A stretch of 64,000 nt of DNA from contig CAWBQM010000005.1 of the NCBI GenBank assembly GCA_963790955.1, positions 131,409 through 195,408 on the forward strand, written 5' to 3'. Position numbers and translations under genes: made by a program. The notes below the pieces were generated by a model. It did no database searches. It had not been told where the DNA came from and saw nothing but the letters and a program-made list of their open reading frames with translations. Below, one piece after another: positions 44,864 through 54,305 of this stretch. Numbering within the stretch: the first letter of the stretch is position 1; each line of letters starts with the position of its first letter. The DNA is from an uncultured Chloroflexia bacterium (GTDB taxonomy: Bacteria; Chloroflexota; Limnocylindria; Limnocylindrales; CSP1-4).

Positions 44864-46083
44864 CCGAGCCGGCGCCTACCACGATGGGCTCGGGCCCGGT
44901 CGTGACCGAGCCGGCGCCCGTCACGACCCAGCCGACGCAGGGCGTCATGGCCAGCCCGGGCGCTGCCGAACGACCGGGCGGCACCGCCCTCGTCGTCGAC
45001 GACAGCGCGGTCAATCGCAAGCTCCTGGCGCAGCTGCTCATCGGCGCCGGGCTCCATCCGGTCGAGGTCGAGAACGGGGTCGACGCGCTGGCCGTGCTAC
45101 GTGGCGAAACCGGGTCCGAGGTCGACCTCGTCCTGCTCGACGTGATGATGCCCGAGCTCGACGGCTACGAGACCCTGGCCGCGATCAAGGCCGACACGGC
45201 GTTGCGGCATCTGCCGGTCATCATGATTTCGGGCGTGGACGAGCTCGACAGCGTCGTGCGCTGCATCGAGATGGGCGCGACCGACTACCTGCCCAAGCCG
45301 TTCAATCCAAGCGTCCTGCGCGCGCGCCTGAACGCCTCGCTGGCGGCCAAGCGCCTGCGGGATCTGGAGCGCGAGTACGTGGAGCGCCTGGCGGCCCTCA
45401 ACGAGACGATCGAGCGTCAGAAGGGAGAGCTGAGCCGGTTCCTCTCGCCGCAGGTCGCAGCGCTCGTGTCATCGCCCGAGGGCGAGCATCTTCTGGCCGG
45501 TCATCGACGCCAGATCACGGTCGTGTTCGCGGATCTGCGCGGGTTCACAGCCTTCGCCCAACAGGCCGAGCCCGAGGAGCTGCTGAGCGTCCTGGCCGAG
45601 TACCACACGATGATGGGTGAGCAGATCGTGGCCCACGGCGGGACCCTCGAGCACTTCGCGGGCGACGGCATGATGATCTTCTTCAACGATCCGATCCCCC
45701 AGGCCGACCACACCGAGCGGGCGGTGCGCATGGCCGTCTCGATGCGCGAGCGCTTCCAGGATCTGGCCGGTGGTTGGCGCAAGCGCGGCTACGACCTCAA
45801 GCTCGGCGTCGGGATCGCGACCGGTTACGCGACGCTCGGGCGGATCGGTTTCGAAGGCCGGCACGACTACGGCGCGATCGGTAACGTCGTCATCCTCGCC
45901 TCGCGACTGTCGAGCGAAGCGGTCGGCGGCCAGATCCTGCTCGACCAGCGAGCGCACGCCGCGGTCGAGGATGCCGTGGAGGCGGAAGCCGCCGGCGAGC
46001 TCGCCCTCAAGGGCATCGCCCACCCGGTCCCGGCCCTCAACGTGGTGGCGCTGCGCACCGAGGCGAACGTGCCGGTCGGCTGA
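44860..46083 (+). CDS. Response regulator (REC) fused to a class III adenylate/guanylate cyclase
   Basis: The GTG overlaps the Hpt stop (GTGA). ALVVDDSAVNRK...LDVMMPELDG is REC. ITVVFADLRGFT...FAGDGMMIFFN...IGNVVILASRL is the cyclase homology domain. Confidence 0.85.
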   Translation: MTEPAPTTMGSGPVVTEPAPVTTQPTQGVMASPGAAERPGGTALVVDDSAVNRKLLAQLLIGAGLHPVEVENGVDALAVLRGETGSEVDLVLLDVMMPELDGYETLAAIKADTALRHLPVIMISGVDELDSVVRCIEMGATDYLPKPFNPSVLRARLNASLAAKRLRDLEREYVERLAALNETIERQKGELSRFLSPQVAALVSSPEGEHLLAGHRRQITVVFADLRGFTAFAQQAEPEELLSVLAEYHTMMGEQIVAHGGTLEHFAGDGMMIFFNDPIPQADHTERAVRMAVSMRERFQDLAGGWRKRGYDLKLGVGIATGYATLGRIGFEGRHDYGAIGNVVILASRLSSEAVGGQILLDQRAHAAVEDAVEAEAAGELALKGIAHPVPALNVVALRTEANVPVG

Positions 46084-46159
46084 ACGACGATCGGCGCCGG
46101 CCCACCCTGCCGGCACGGCCACCCGCCGGCCCACCCGCCGGCACGCGGCCTAACACCCC

Positions 46160-46305
46160 GCCATGCACCCCGCCATGCGCTGAGTGACTCTACGAACCAT
46201 CGGGCAGGCCGAACGATGCATGGGCCGACTCAAACGACCACTGAGCCATGCCATTGGAGTCACCGGCCGCATAGTTCGCCCAACGAGCCGTCCGTTGATG
46301 CGCTG
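46160..46305 (-). repeat. Dispersed modular intergenic repeat, copy E8 (inverted orientation)
   Basis: The reverse complement reads GCGCATCAACGGACGGCTCGTTGGGCG...CCGGTGACTCCAA...GGTCGTTTGAGTCGGCCCATGCAT... Confidence 0.8.
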
Positions 46306-46414
46306 GGCGACTGCCCGGACGTCGGCTGTGAGGCGACCCCGCCCGCAGTGAGCACCTTATGCGTTTGTCGGCCGTGAACTGAACCGACGCCGCACGGCGA
46401 TACTCAGATGAAGC

Positions 46415-46981
46415 ATGGCGACCCTCGACGTCGGCACGTTGTCCGAGCTGATCGATCGTGCGCGCGGCCGCGACGAGGCGGCGTTCACGGTGCTCGTCGG
46501 CCCACGACTCGAGGGCCTGCTCCGGATCGCAACGGCGATCCTCGGCCACGAGGCCGATGCTCGGGACGCGCTCCAGATCGCACTCACGAGCGCATGGGCC
46601 AACCTGCCCGGTCTGCGTGATGCGGATCGGTTCGAGGCCTGGCTCACGCGGATCGTCGTCAATGAGTGCCGGCACGCGCTCCGCCGGCGGGCGAGAACGA
46701 GGGTTCGGGAGCTGCCGATGGAGCACGTGCTGGCGGCTCAGGCGCGTGGCTCGCTGCACACGGCCGGCCCGGAGGCGTCCCTGGCCGAGCGCCTCGCCTT
46801 CGAGCGGGCATTCGAACGGCTGCCCGGGGAAGCTCGCGCGCTCCTCGTCCTCCATCACCTCGAGCGGCTGCCGATCGATGTGATCGCCCAGATCCTGGCG
46901 ATCCCCGCCGGCACGGTGAAGTCCCGCCTTCACGCGGCGCGCCGCGCGCTCGAGCGCGAGCTCGAGAAGGAGTCCCGATGA
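46415..46981 (+). CDS. ECF-type sigma-70 family RNA polymerase sigma factor
   Basis: FEAWLTRIVVNECRHALRRR is region 2. LPIDVIAQILAIPAGTVKSRLHAARRAL is the region 4 HTH. Confidence 0.85.
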   Translation: MATLDVGTLSELIDRARGRDEAAFTVLVGPRLEGLLRIATAILGHEADARDALQIALTSAWANLPGLRDADRFEAWLTRIVVNECRHALRRRARTRVRELPMEHVLAAQARGSLHTAGPEASLAERLAFERAFERLPGEARALLVLHHLERLPIDVIAQILAIPAGTVKSRLHAARRALERELEKESR

Positions 46982-48384
46982 CGCTCAGCGACGACCAGCT
47001 CCACGACTTGCTCGCCGGACGGGCGGACCGGGCTCGTCCAGCCGGATTGGATGCGCTGATCGCGCACGCGCTTGCCGCGCCCGCGCCTCGATCCCCCCTG
47101 CGCGGGCTCGGCCGGGGTCGAGCCGCCGTGCTGGCTCTGGCTGCCCTGCTCGTGGCAAGCATGCTCGTCTCGCCGATCGGCCCGTTGTCGGTGCTGTTCG
47201 GGGTGACGCCGGTACCCAGCCCGAGCCCCACGGCGCCGGTGGCCTCGGCGACGCCGGCCCCGACCCCGACGCCGACCGACCTGATGCTCACGCCTCCGCC
47301 ATACGCAGCCGGCACATGCCCTGTCACGCCGATCACCGACCTTGCCGGCGGCGCCGTTCCGGAAGTCGCCATGAGCGGTGTCCGTTGGCGTTGGGGCCCC
47401 GACCCATGGCGAGCTCGCCTGGGCCAGAAGGTCGTGCTGGTTCCCAATGGCGGCTCCGATGCCTACCTGGATGTCGACGAGATCTCGGCCGAGCGGCTCC
47501 CGATCGGACCATCCGGCAGCCCCATGAGCATCCGCTTCCCCAAGGGCGGCGGCCCGGGCTTCGTGTTCGGCGTGGGCCTCCCGGAATCGGGCTGCTGGCT
47601 TCTCACGGCGATCGGCTCGATGGCCAGCAGCAGTGTCGTGGTCGACGTCGGACCGGCTCCCGCGGACGTGCCCAGCCCCGAGTCGCAGAACGTGCCCACG
47701 ACGACGGCCGGGCTGCGGCCGCTCGCCACGTGCCCGACGAGCGAGATCGTCCAGGATTCTGGCTACCCGGCCTTCGTCGACGGCGAGGAGCGATGGACGA
47801 ACCCGGATCCGAAGCCCTGGCTCGCCGGCACGGAGCACAAGCTCGTCGTCCTCGGTGGGACGGATTCGGTGATCGCGGTGGCCGCGCCGGTCGGCATCCC
47901 GGCCGCGGGCTCCGGCCAGCGCCCGTCATTCATCACCGAGCATCCGGTCTTCGCGACGCCGCCGCCGGGCAGCGGCTCGTTGGGGTTGCTCTTCACGATC
48001 CCGACGGCCGGCTGCTGGTCCGTCAGCTTCATCGAGGGCGACCGAACGTCCACGATCGTCGCCGAGGTCGGACCGCCAGGATCGTCGTCGGGCGGGATTA
48101 CGAGCGCTCAGGCGGTGGAACGAGCCCGGAGCCACACGTCAATGGACGAGTTCGTGTCGGCCTTCGCCGGAACGTTTCGCGACCTCAACGTGGATCCATA
48201 CGTCGGTGCGGGAGCGCCCGTCAAGCCAGACGATCTCGTTTGGGCCGTGACGTTCGCCGGTGCGATGACGATCTGTAGCCCGGCCGGGACCTGTCAGTCG
48301 CCTCGACCCGGGATCCAGGTTGTGTTCCTCGATTACCGGACGGGCGCGTATCTCATGGTCGAGGGCGTGTCGCCGGCCCCATGA
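46978..48384 (+). CDS. Putative anti-sigma factor: single-pass membrane protein with duplicated extracytoplasmic domain
   Basis: The ATG overlaps the sigma stop (ATGA). The TM segment is AAVLALAALLVASMLV. It is followed by a Pro/Thr linker and two similar modules ending GCWLLTAIG...VVVDVGP and GCWSVSFIE...IVAEVGP. Confidence 0.6.
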   Translation: MTLSDDQLHDLLAGRADRARPAGLDALIAHALAAPAPRSPLRGLGRGRAAVLALAALLVASMLVSPIGPLSVLFGVTPVPSPSPTAPVASATPAPTPTPTDLMLTPPPYAAGTCPVTPITDLAGGAVPEVAMSGVRWRWGPDPWRARLGQKVVLVPNGGSDAYLDVDEISAERLPIGPSGSPMSIRFPKGGGPGFVFGVGLPESGCWLLTAIGSMASSSVVVDVGPAPADVPSPESQNVPTTTAGLRPLATCPTSEIVQDSGYPAFVDGEERWTNPDPKPWLAGTEHKLVVLGGTDSVIAVAAPVGIPAAGSGQRPSFITEHPVFATPPPGSGSLGLLFTIPTAGCWSVSFIEGDRTSTIVAEVGPPGSSSGGITSAQAVERARSHTSMDEFVSAFAGTFRDLNVDPYVGAGAPVKPDDLVWAVTFAGAMTICSPAGTCQSPRPGIQVVFLDYRTGAYLMVEGVSPAP

Positions 48385-48487
48385 GGTAGGGGAAACCCGG
48401 TCGTCGAATGCGGGTGATCCCGTCTGGTCGGCCACCGGCACGACGCCCATGGTGGCCTCGCGGGAATTCGTCTCCAGAGGGCCATCG

Positions 48488-49343
48488 ATGCACCCAGCGC
48501 CGCTCGTCGCGGAAGGTCTTGGGCGTCGCTACCGTCGGTACCGGCCATGGGCCTGCGCGACGTCTCGCTGGCCGTGCCCGCCGGCTCGATCACCGCGCTC
48601 GTCGGGCCGAACGGTGCCGGCAAGTCGACCCTCATCCGCGCCTGCCTCGGGTTCGAGCGTCCGGACGAGGGTCGGGTGCTCGTGAACGGCATCGACCCGC
48701 GGCGGGACCGGGCGCGCGGCGTCGACTCGGTCGGGTACGTGCCGCAGGGCGACCGCGTTCTACCGGGCGCTCACGATCGGGCAGCACCTGGATCTCGCGC
48801 GGGTCGGGCGGCGGGCGTTCGACCGGGGCCACGCGCTGGGGCGGATCCGGGCGGCGGGGCTGTCGGCGGACCGGCCGCTCGGCGACCTGTCGGGCGGGGA
48901 GCAGGCCCAGGTCGCGCTCGCGCTCGCGCTCGGGACGCGGGCCCCGCTGCTCCTCCTCGACGAGCCGCTCGCGAACCTCGACCCGCTCGCGCGGCGGGAC
49001 TTCCTCGGCGTCCTCGTCGACGACGTCCGGTCGCGGGGCGCGACGGCGCATCCTGTCCTCGCACATCGTGACCGACGTCGAGCAGGCGTGCGACCGGCTC
49101 GTCGTGCTCGCCGGCGGGCGGCTCCTGCTGCACGCCGCCGTCGCCGAGGCGCGGGCTCGCCACCGGACGATCGACGCCGCCGCGCTCGACGGGCGCGCGG
49201 CCGTCGGGACGTTCCGCGGGCCTGCCGGCGAGGCGCTCGCGCTCTCGGATGACGCCGGGCCGGGTCGCGAGGCGACGCTCGAGGACATCGTGCTGGGGTA
49301 CCTCGCGGCGGCACGGGCCGGCGCGCTCGCGGAGGTGGCGTGA
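48488..49343 (+). pseudogene. ABC transporter ATP-binding protein, 3 frameshifts as assembled
   Basis: Pieces: [15 protein letters not shown] / [27 protein letters not shown] / (own translation) [32 protein letters not shown] / [21 protein letters not shown]. Frames run 2, 1, 2, 0. Confidence 0.7.
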
Positions 49344-50338
49344 TGCTCACGTCGGCGCGCCTGACGCTCCGGCTGCACCGGTTCGAGGTCGGGGCGGCCG
49401 CCCTCGGGGCGCTCCTGCTCGGCGCGACGGCGCTCCTGGTCGTCGACAGCGGCTGGACGCGGTCGGGGTGCCGGACGGCTGCTTCGACGCGTGGCTCAAC
49501 GGGGGGGGTGCAACGGGGGCAGGAGACTGCGCCGGGCCCGTCCGAGGCGTTCGCGTCGATCAACGAGTCCGAGGGCGGCAAGGTCCTCGCGGCGATGGCG
49601 GTGCTGCCGTTCGCCGTGGGGCTCCTCGCGGCGGTGCCGCTCGTCGGGCGCGAGCTCGAAGCGCGGACGGCGCAGACCGCCTGGTTCCTCTCCGGCGTCG
49701 CGCCTCCGCTGGCTCGGCCGCCAGCTGCTCCCGGTGCTCGTGCTGGTGGGGATCGCCGTCGCGTTCGCCGCGCTCGCCGCCGGCGCCCTCGTCGACGCGC
49801 GGGCGCCGTTCTACACGTGGGCCGGGTGGAGCGACCTCACGTTGCACGGGCCGATCGTCGTCGGGCGGGCGTTCGCGGCGCTCGGGCTGGGCGTCCTCGT
49901 CGGCGCGGTCGTCGGGCGGACGCTGCCCGCGTTCATCGTGGGCGTGCTCGTCTCGATCCTGTTGATCTTCGGGGCGGCATCGCCCAGCAGGCGTGGGTCG
50001 GGGCGCAACCCGCGACCGTCATGGATCAGACCACGTCATCGGCCTCGGCGGTCATCCAGACCGGTTGGGGCTGGCGCACGCCCGACGGCCGGATCCTCGA
50101 CGATGCCCAGGGGCTCGCCCTCGTCCCAACCGACGTGGCGAGCAAGGACGCCGGGGCGGTTCAACCGATCAACTCGGCCCAGTGGCTCATGGATCGCGGC
50201 TACGAGGAAATCGGGTTCGGGGTCAGCCAGTCGCAGGCGCTGGGCTGGGCAGCCTGGGATGTGCTCTTGTTCGGCGCCATCGGGATCGGGGCGCTCGGCG
50301 CTGCCGCGGCCGTCGTCGACCGTCGCCGGCCCACCTGA
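49340..50338 (+). pseudogene. ABC-transporter-associated permease-like membrane protein, at least 4 frameshifts as assembled
   Basis: Pieces: MMLTSARLTLRLHRFEVGAAALGALLLGATALLVV / LDAVGVPDGCFDAWLNGG / KVLAAMAVLPFAVGLLAAVPLVGRELEARTAQTAWF / LLPVLVLVGIAVAFAALAAG...IVGVLVSILLIFGAA / C-terminal ...WDVLLFGAIGIGALGAAAAVV. The ATG overlaps the ATPase stop. Confidence 0.55.
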
Positions 50339-50452
50339 CCGTCGCGGGCCGGGCGTCCCGTTTGCGGTCCGCACCGCCTCGCGCCGTCACGCCTCGCACC
50401 GCGACGCCCCGCTCCGCGACCGGCACGCCTCGCACCGCCAGGCCGCGCCACG

Positions 50453-50593
50453 TTATGCACGTGGTGACTCTACGGTTCGTCGGGCGGGCCGAATGATGCA
50501 CCCACTGACTCAGGCGGCCGAGAAGTCGCGCCAAGTGAGCCACCGGACGCATAGGGCGGCCAATGAGCGGCTCGTTGATGCGTGGGGTGCATA
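50453..50593 (-). repeat. Dispersed modular intergenic repeat, copy E9 (inverted orientation)
   Basis: The reverse complement reads ACGCATCAACGAGCCGCTCATTGGCCG...CCGGTGGCTCAC...GTAGAGTCACCACGTGCATAA. Confidence 0.8.
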
Positions 50594-50740
50594 TGGGCGA
50601 GGGGAGGCAGGGCCGGCGGGTCGTGCCTCCCCTCGCCACCGCACTCGTGCGGATGGACGAGACCGGCATGGGTCGAAGGGCCGCTCCGAACCGCCGACTT
50701 CCCCTCTTTAGCGCGGACAGGAACCGCCTATCGTGCTTGC

Positions 50741-51214
50741 ATGGATGCGTCCGACCATTACCGAACCCTGCAGGTCGATCCCGAAGCCGAGTTCGAGGTG
50801 ATCCGAGCCGCCTATCGAGCGCTGGCCGCCAAGAACCATCCCGATCTCGGCGGGTCGCCCGAGAGGATGACCGCTCTCAACGCCGCCTGGCACGTGCTCT
50901 CGAAGCCGGCCAGTCGGGCGGCATACGACCTTCAGCGCAGACTGCGCGACGGCGGCGCCCGATGGGATGCATACGCCCCGAGCGCCGCCGAGCGTGACCG
51001 AGCGACGGGCACGATCATCGACTACGGCCGCTACACCGGCTGGTCGATCCCCGAGGTCGCCCGCGTCGATCCGGACTACCTGTTGTGGCTGGCCCGAACG
51101 CCTAGCGGCCGACGCTACCGCGCCGAGATCGAGGCCCTGGAGGCGACACCGGTTCGGGCCGCGGCCCCACCTCGGCGTCATTCGGGCCTGCGCTGCAAGT
51201 TCGGGCTGGGCTAA
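50741..51214 (+). CDS. J-domain (DnaJ-like) protein with DUF3820-like C-terminal region
   Basis: DHYRTLQVDPEAEFEVIRAAYRALAAKNHPDLGG carries the HPD motif. The C-terminal sequence is YGRYTGWSIPEVARVDPDYLLWL. Confidence 0.75.
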   Translation: MDASDHYRTLQVDPEAEFEVIRAAYRALAAKNHPDLGGSPERMTALNAAWHVLSKPASRAAYDLQRRLRDGGARWDAYAPSAAERDRATGTIIDYGRYTGWSIPEVARVDPDYLLWLARTPSGRRYRAEIEALEATPVRAAAPPRRHSGLRCKFGLG

Positions 51215-51266
51215 CGCCAAGCCGCGTCGACGGCCGCCCGTCTGCCGGGTGGCTCGGAGCGCAACG

Positions 51267-51503
51267 TCAGTTCGGCCGCCGCTCGTCCTCGTCCCGCGAG
51301 GTCAGCTCCTGCTCGATGGCGGCCTCGCGGGCGATGTTCCGGCTGAGATCCTCGACCTCGTACGACAGGCCCTGCAGCGCCCGATCGTCCGCAGGCAGCG
51401 CCTTCTTCGTGCGCTCTAGTTGGACGACCTGCTCCGCGTCGTGCTCGATCGAGTCCATCGTCGCTCGCAGATCCTCAACCCGTCGCCCGCTGCTAGTGCT
51501 CAT
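51267..51503 (-). CDS. Small coiled-coil hypothetical protein
   Basis: 78 aa from the internal ATG of ORF 51267..52013: MSTSSGRRVEDLRATMDSIEHDAEQVVQLERTKKAL... Its start overlaps the upstream stop. Confidence 0.4.
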   Translation of the reverse strand: MSTSSGRRVEDLRATMDSIEHDAEQVVQLERTKKALPADDRALQGLSYEVEDLSRNIAREAAIEQELTSRDEDERRPN

Positions 51504-51808
51504 CAGCGTCGATCCTTTCCTGCCGTCGGCACCCAGCGGCCGTCGCGATACACGTACCACACGATCCACGGTTCGCCCACGAGCAGCCGTGGATGGACGA
51601 CGATCAGCGGATAGCGCGGACGGAGGACGGCCTCGAGATCCTCGGCAGCCATGCCCATTTGCAGCGCGGACGTGGCCGCGGCGTGGAAGGCCAGGTCGTC
51701 GGCCGGGTTCATCACGAGGTGAGGTCGGCGCCACTCGGCCGCCTCCCGAATCGGCTCGAACCGAATCATCTCCTCCCTGGGTCCTCGCTCGCGGCTGACC
51801 GCGGTCAT
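51503..51808 (-). CDS. Hypothetical protein
   Basis: 101-aa ORF: ...WRRPHLVMNPADDLAFHAAATSALQMGMAAEDLEAVLRPRYPLIVVHPRLLVGEPWIVWYVYRDGRW. The composition is not shadow-like. No family was recognised. Confidence 0.4.
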   Translation of the reverse strand: MTAVSRERGPREEMIRFEPIREAAEWRRPHLVMNPADDLAFHAAATSALQMGMAAEDLEAVLRPRYPLIVVHPRLLVGEPWIVWYVYRDGRWVPTAGKDRR

Positions 51809-51994
51809 GCCCTCCGAGCATACGGACGAGACCGCCTCGCGCGAGGAGCGAGCCTTGCGGTCCTGTTACAGGGATCTTGCAGCTCCACGCCCGGCCCTCA
51901 CGCCGGCGAGCGTCGTCCCGGCGATGGCTCCAAGCCTCTGCAGGGTTCGCGGCAGCGGCCCCGCTGCGCGATCGCGAAGCGATCGCGTCGAGCC

Positions 51995-52056
51995 TTGTCA
52001 ACCCATTTGTCAAGGGGTAGAGTGGCCGCCTCGACGGCCTGTCAAGACTTGACAGG
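51995..52056 (+). promoter_or_regulatory. Candidate promoter plus 19-bp perfect palindrome upstream of dnaG
   Basis: TTGTCA (51995-52000), a 17-nt spacer, then TAGAGT (52018-52023). CCTGTCAAGACTTGACAGG lies at 52038-52056. TGTCAA half-sites recur 4 times. Confidence 0.4.
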
Positions 52057-52191
52057 CCCTCAGCTATGTCCGGCTTGGCCGGACGCGGCGGCGGTGTGTC
52101 GAGACGCGGTCGAGTCCGGTCGGGATGGGTTCGCGGATGCCGGTCCGCGACAGTGTGGGCCTCCTCGCGAGAGCGAGCCGCGTCACCGGAG

Positions 52192-54241
52192 GTGGAACAC
52201 GACCGCAGGCGCTGCCGCGGAAGTCAAGAGCCGGCTGGCGGTCGTCGACGTCGTGGGCGAGACCGTCCAGCTGCGCAAGGCCGGCACGACGTTCAAAGGC
52301 CTGTGCCCGTTCCACGGCGAGAAGACCCCGTCCTTCGTCGTCACCCCGTCGCGCGAGACGTGGAAGTGCTTCGGCTGTGGCAAGGGCGGCGACATCTTCA
52401 GCTTCGTCATGGAGCGCGACGGCGCGTCCTTTCCGGAGGCCCTTCGCGTCTTGGCCGCGAAGGCAGGCGTGGAGCTCGACGATCGCAGCCGTCGTGACGA
52501 CGTGCGCAAGGCACGACTGCGCGAGGTCCTCGACACCGCCATCGCGTTCTACCACGCGATCCTGACATCGTCGAAGACCGGCCAGCCCGCGCTCGACTAC
52601 CTGCGCGGCCGCGGTTTCACGGACGCGACGATCGCGACGTTCCAGCTCGGGTGGGCGCCGGGTGGCTGGGACACGCTCGTGCGCGAGCTCGGCCGGCGCC
52701 GGCAGATCGTGCCCGAGGCCCTGCTCGAGGTGGGGCTGGCGAGCGCCCGATCGGGCCGGCGCGGCGGCGCCTACGACAGATTCCGCGAGCGCATCATCTT
52801 CCCGATCCGCGACGCGGCCGGCGGCGCCGTCGGCCTCGGGGGACGCGTCCTCGCCGCCGACGACGGGCGTGACCACGGTCCAAAGTATCTGAACTCGCCC
52901 GCGACGCCGCTGTTCGACAAGAGCCGCACGCTGTACCTCATCGATCGCGCGAAAGGCCCGATCCGGCGGTCCGGGACCGCCGTGCTCGTCGAGGGCTACA
53001 CCGACGCGCTCATGGCCCATCAGGCCGGCTTCGACACGGTCGTCGCCTCGCTCGGGACGGCGCTGACGCCGGGCCAGGTCGCGATCCTGACCCGCTATGC
53101 GAAGCGCATCGCGCTCGCCTACGACGTCGACCCCGCGGGCCAGTCGGCGGGCACGTTCGGCGTGACCGAATTGACGGCGCTCATCAGCGAGGTCCAGGCG
53201 TCCGACGCCAAGGTCGGCCTGACCGATGTCGGGGTCGTGCGCCTGCCCGACGGCAAGGATCCCGACGAGGTTATCCGCGACACGCCCGACGTGTGGCGCG
53301 ACGCGGTCGATCGGCCGGTCGGCATCGTCGACTATCTCATCGACCATCATGCTGCCCGCGTCGACGTGCGCACCGCCGATGGCCGGAGGCGCCTCGTGGA
53401 GGCGGTCGTGCCCACGCTTCGACGGGTCGGGGATCCGATCGTTCGCGATGGTGCGATCCGGCGCCTCGCGCAACGCGCCGCCGTGGACGACGACCTGATC
53501 CGCGAGGCGCTGCGCACCCGTCCGAGTGCCACCCTCATGGCCGGCGGCGCGTCCGGCGGCGATGGCACCTCCGGCGGTGAACATGCCGGTGTCAGGCTCA
53601 CGCTCGAGGCCGTGCGCGCGGCGGATGTCGGCGTGCGGCCCGAGGAGATCGTGCGCGCCGTATCGCCCGCTGAGGCCGAGCTGTTGCGCCTGCTCCTTCT
53701 CCAGCCCGACCTGCAGCTGCGCGCCGTCGAGGAGCTCGGTCCGGACCAGCTGTCGTCGGCGCTGGCCCGTGAGGTGTACCGCGCGATCGTCGCCATGCGC
53801 GAGCCCGACGAGGCGGGCGTACCCGGCCGGTGGGATCTGACGACGCTGCGCACAACGCTCGACGAGGAGGCCGAGGCGCTCGTCACGGCCGTGCTCGTGC
53901 GGGGCGGTCCCGATTACGCGGATCAGCCTGCCGATCGACAGGCGTATGCGCTCGAGAACCTGATCCTCGACCTCGAGGCCGACCGGATCAAGGAGCGCTC
54001 CGACTACAACCGGGCGGCGACCGCCGAGGCCGAGCTGGCCGCCGACAGCGCGACGCTCGAGCTGTTGCTCGCGCAGGAGCGCGAGATCAACGCCGAGCGG
54101 CGGTCGCTCGATCGTCGGCGCGAGCAGGCCCGACTCCTGGCCCGTGGCGGTGGAGGCGCGGGCCGCGCGACAGCGCTCGAGCCGCCGCTCAGCTCGCCCT
54201 CTCGATCGGAGCCACCGGTCGTCGGGAGCGCGGCGGGATGA
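52192..54241 (+). CDS. dnaG: DNA primase DnaG (start codon unresolved)
   Basis: CPFHGEKTPSFVV...WKCFGCGKGGD is the zinc ribbon. VLVEGYTDALMAHQAG...YDVDPAG...DGKDPDE is TOPRIM. Homology starts by 52220. No in-frame ATG/GTG/TTG lies nearby, and the GTG at 52192 is in another frame. Confidence 0.85.
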
Positions 54242-54305
54242 CCACACAGCGTCGAGCACCGAGGTCCAGGCGACGTCACACGTCCGTCAGCGCGAAGGAG
54301 GAGGC

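Noticed and set aside
51593-52190. The N-terminal roughly 200 aa of ORF 51593..54241 as part of DnaG.
   Set aside because: The extension overlaps the minus-strand genes and the promoter/palindrome region. It bears no primase similarity, and homology starts only at about 52220.
52064-54259. 731-aa minus-strand ORF covering dnaG.
   Set aside because: It is antisense to a primase with zinc-ribbon and TOPRIM motifs and has shadow-ORF composition.
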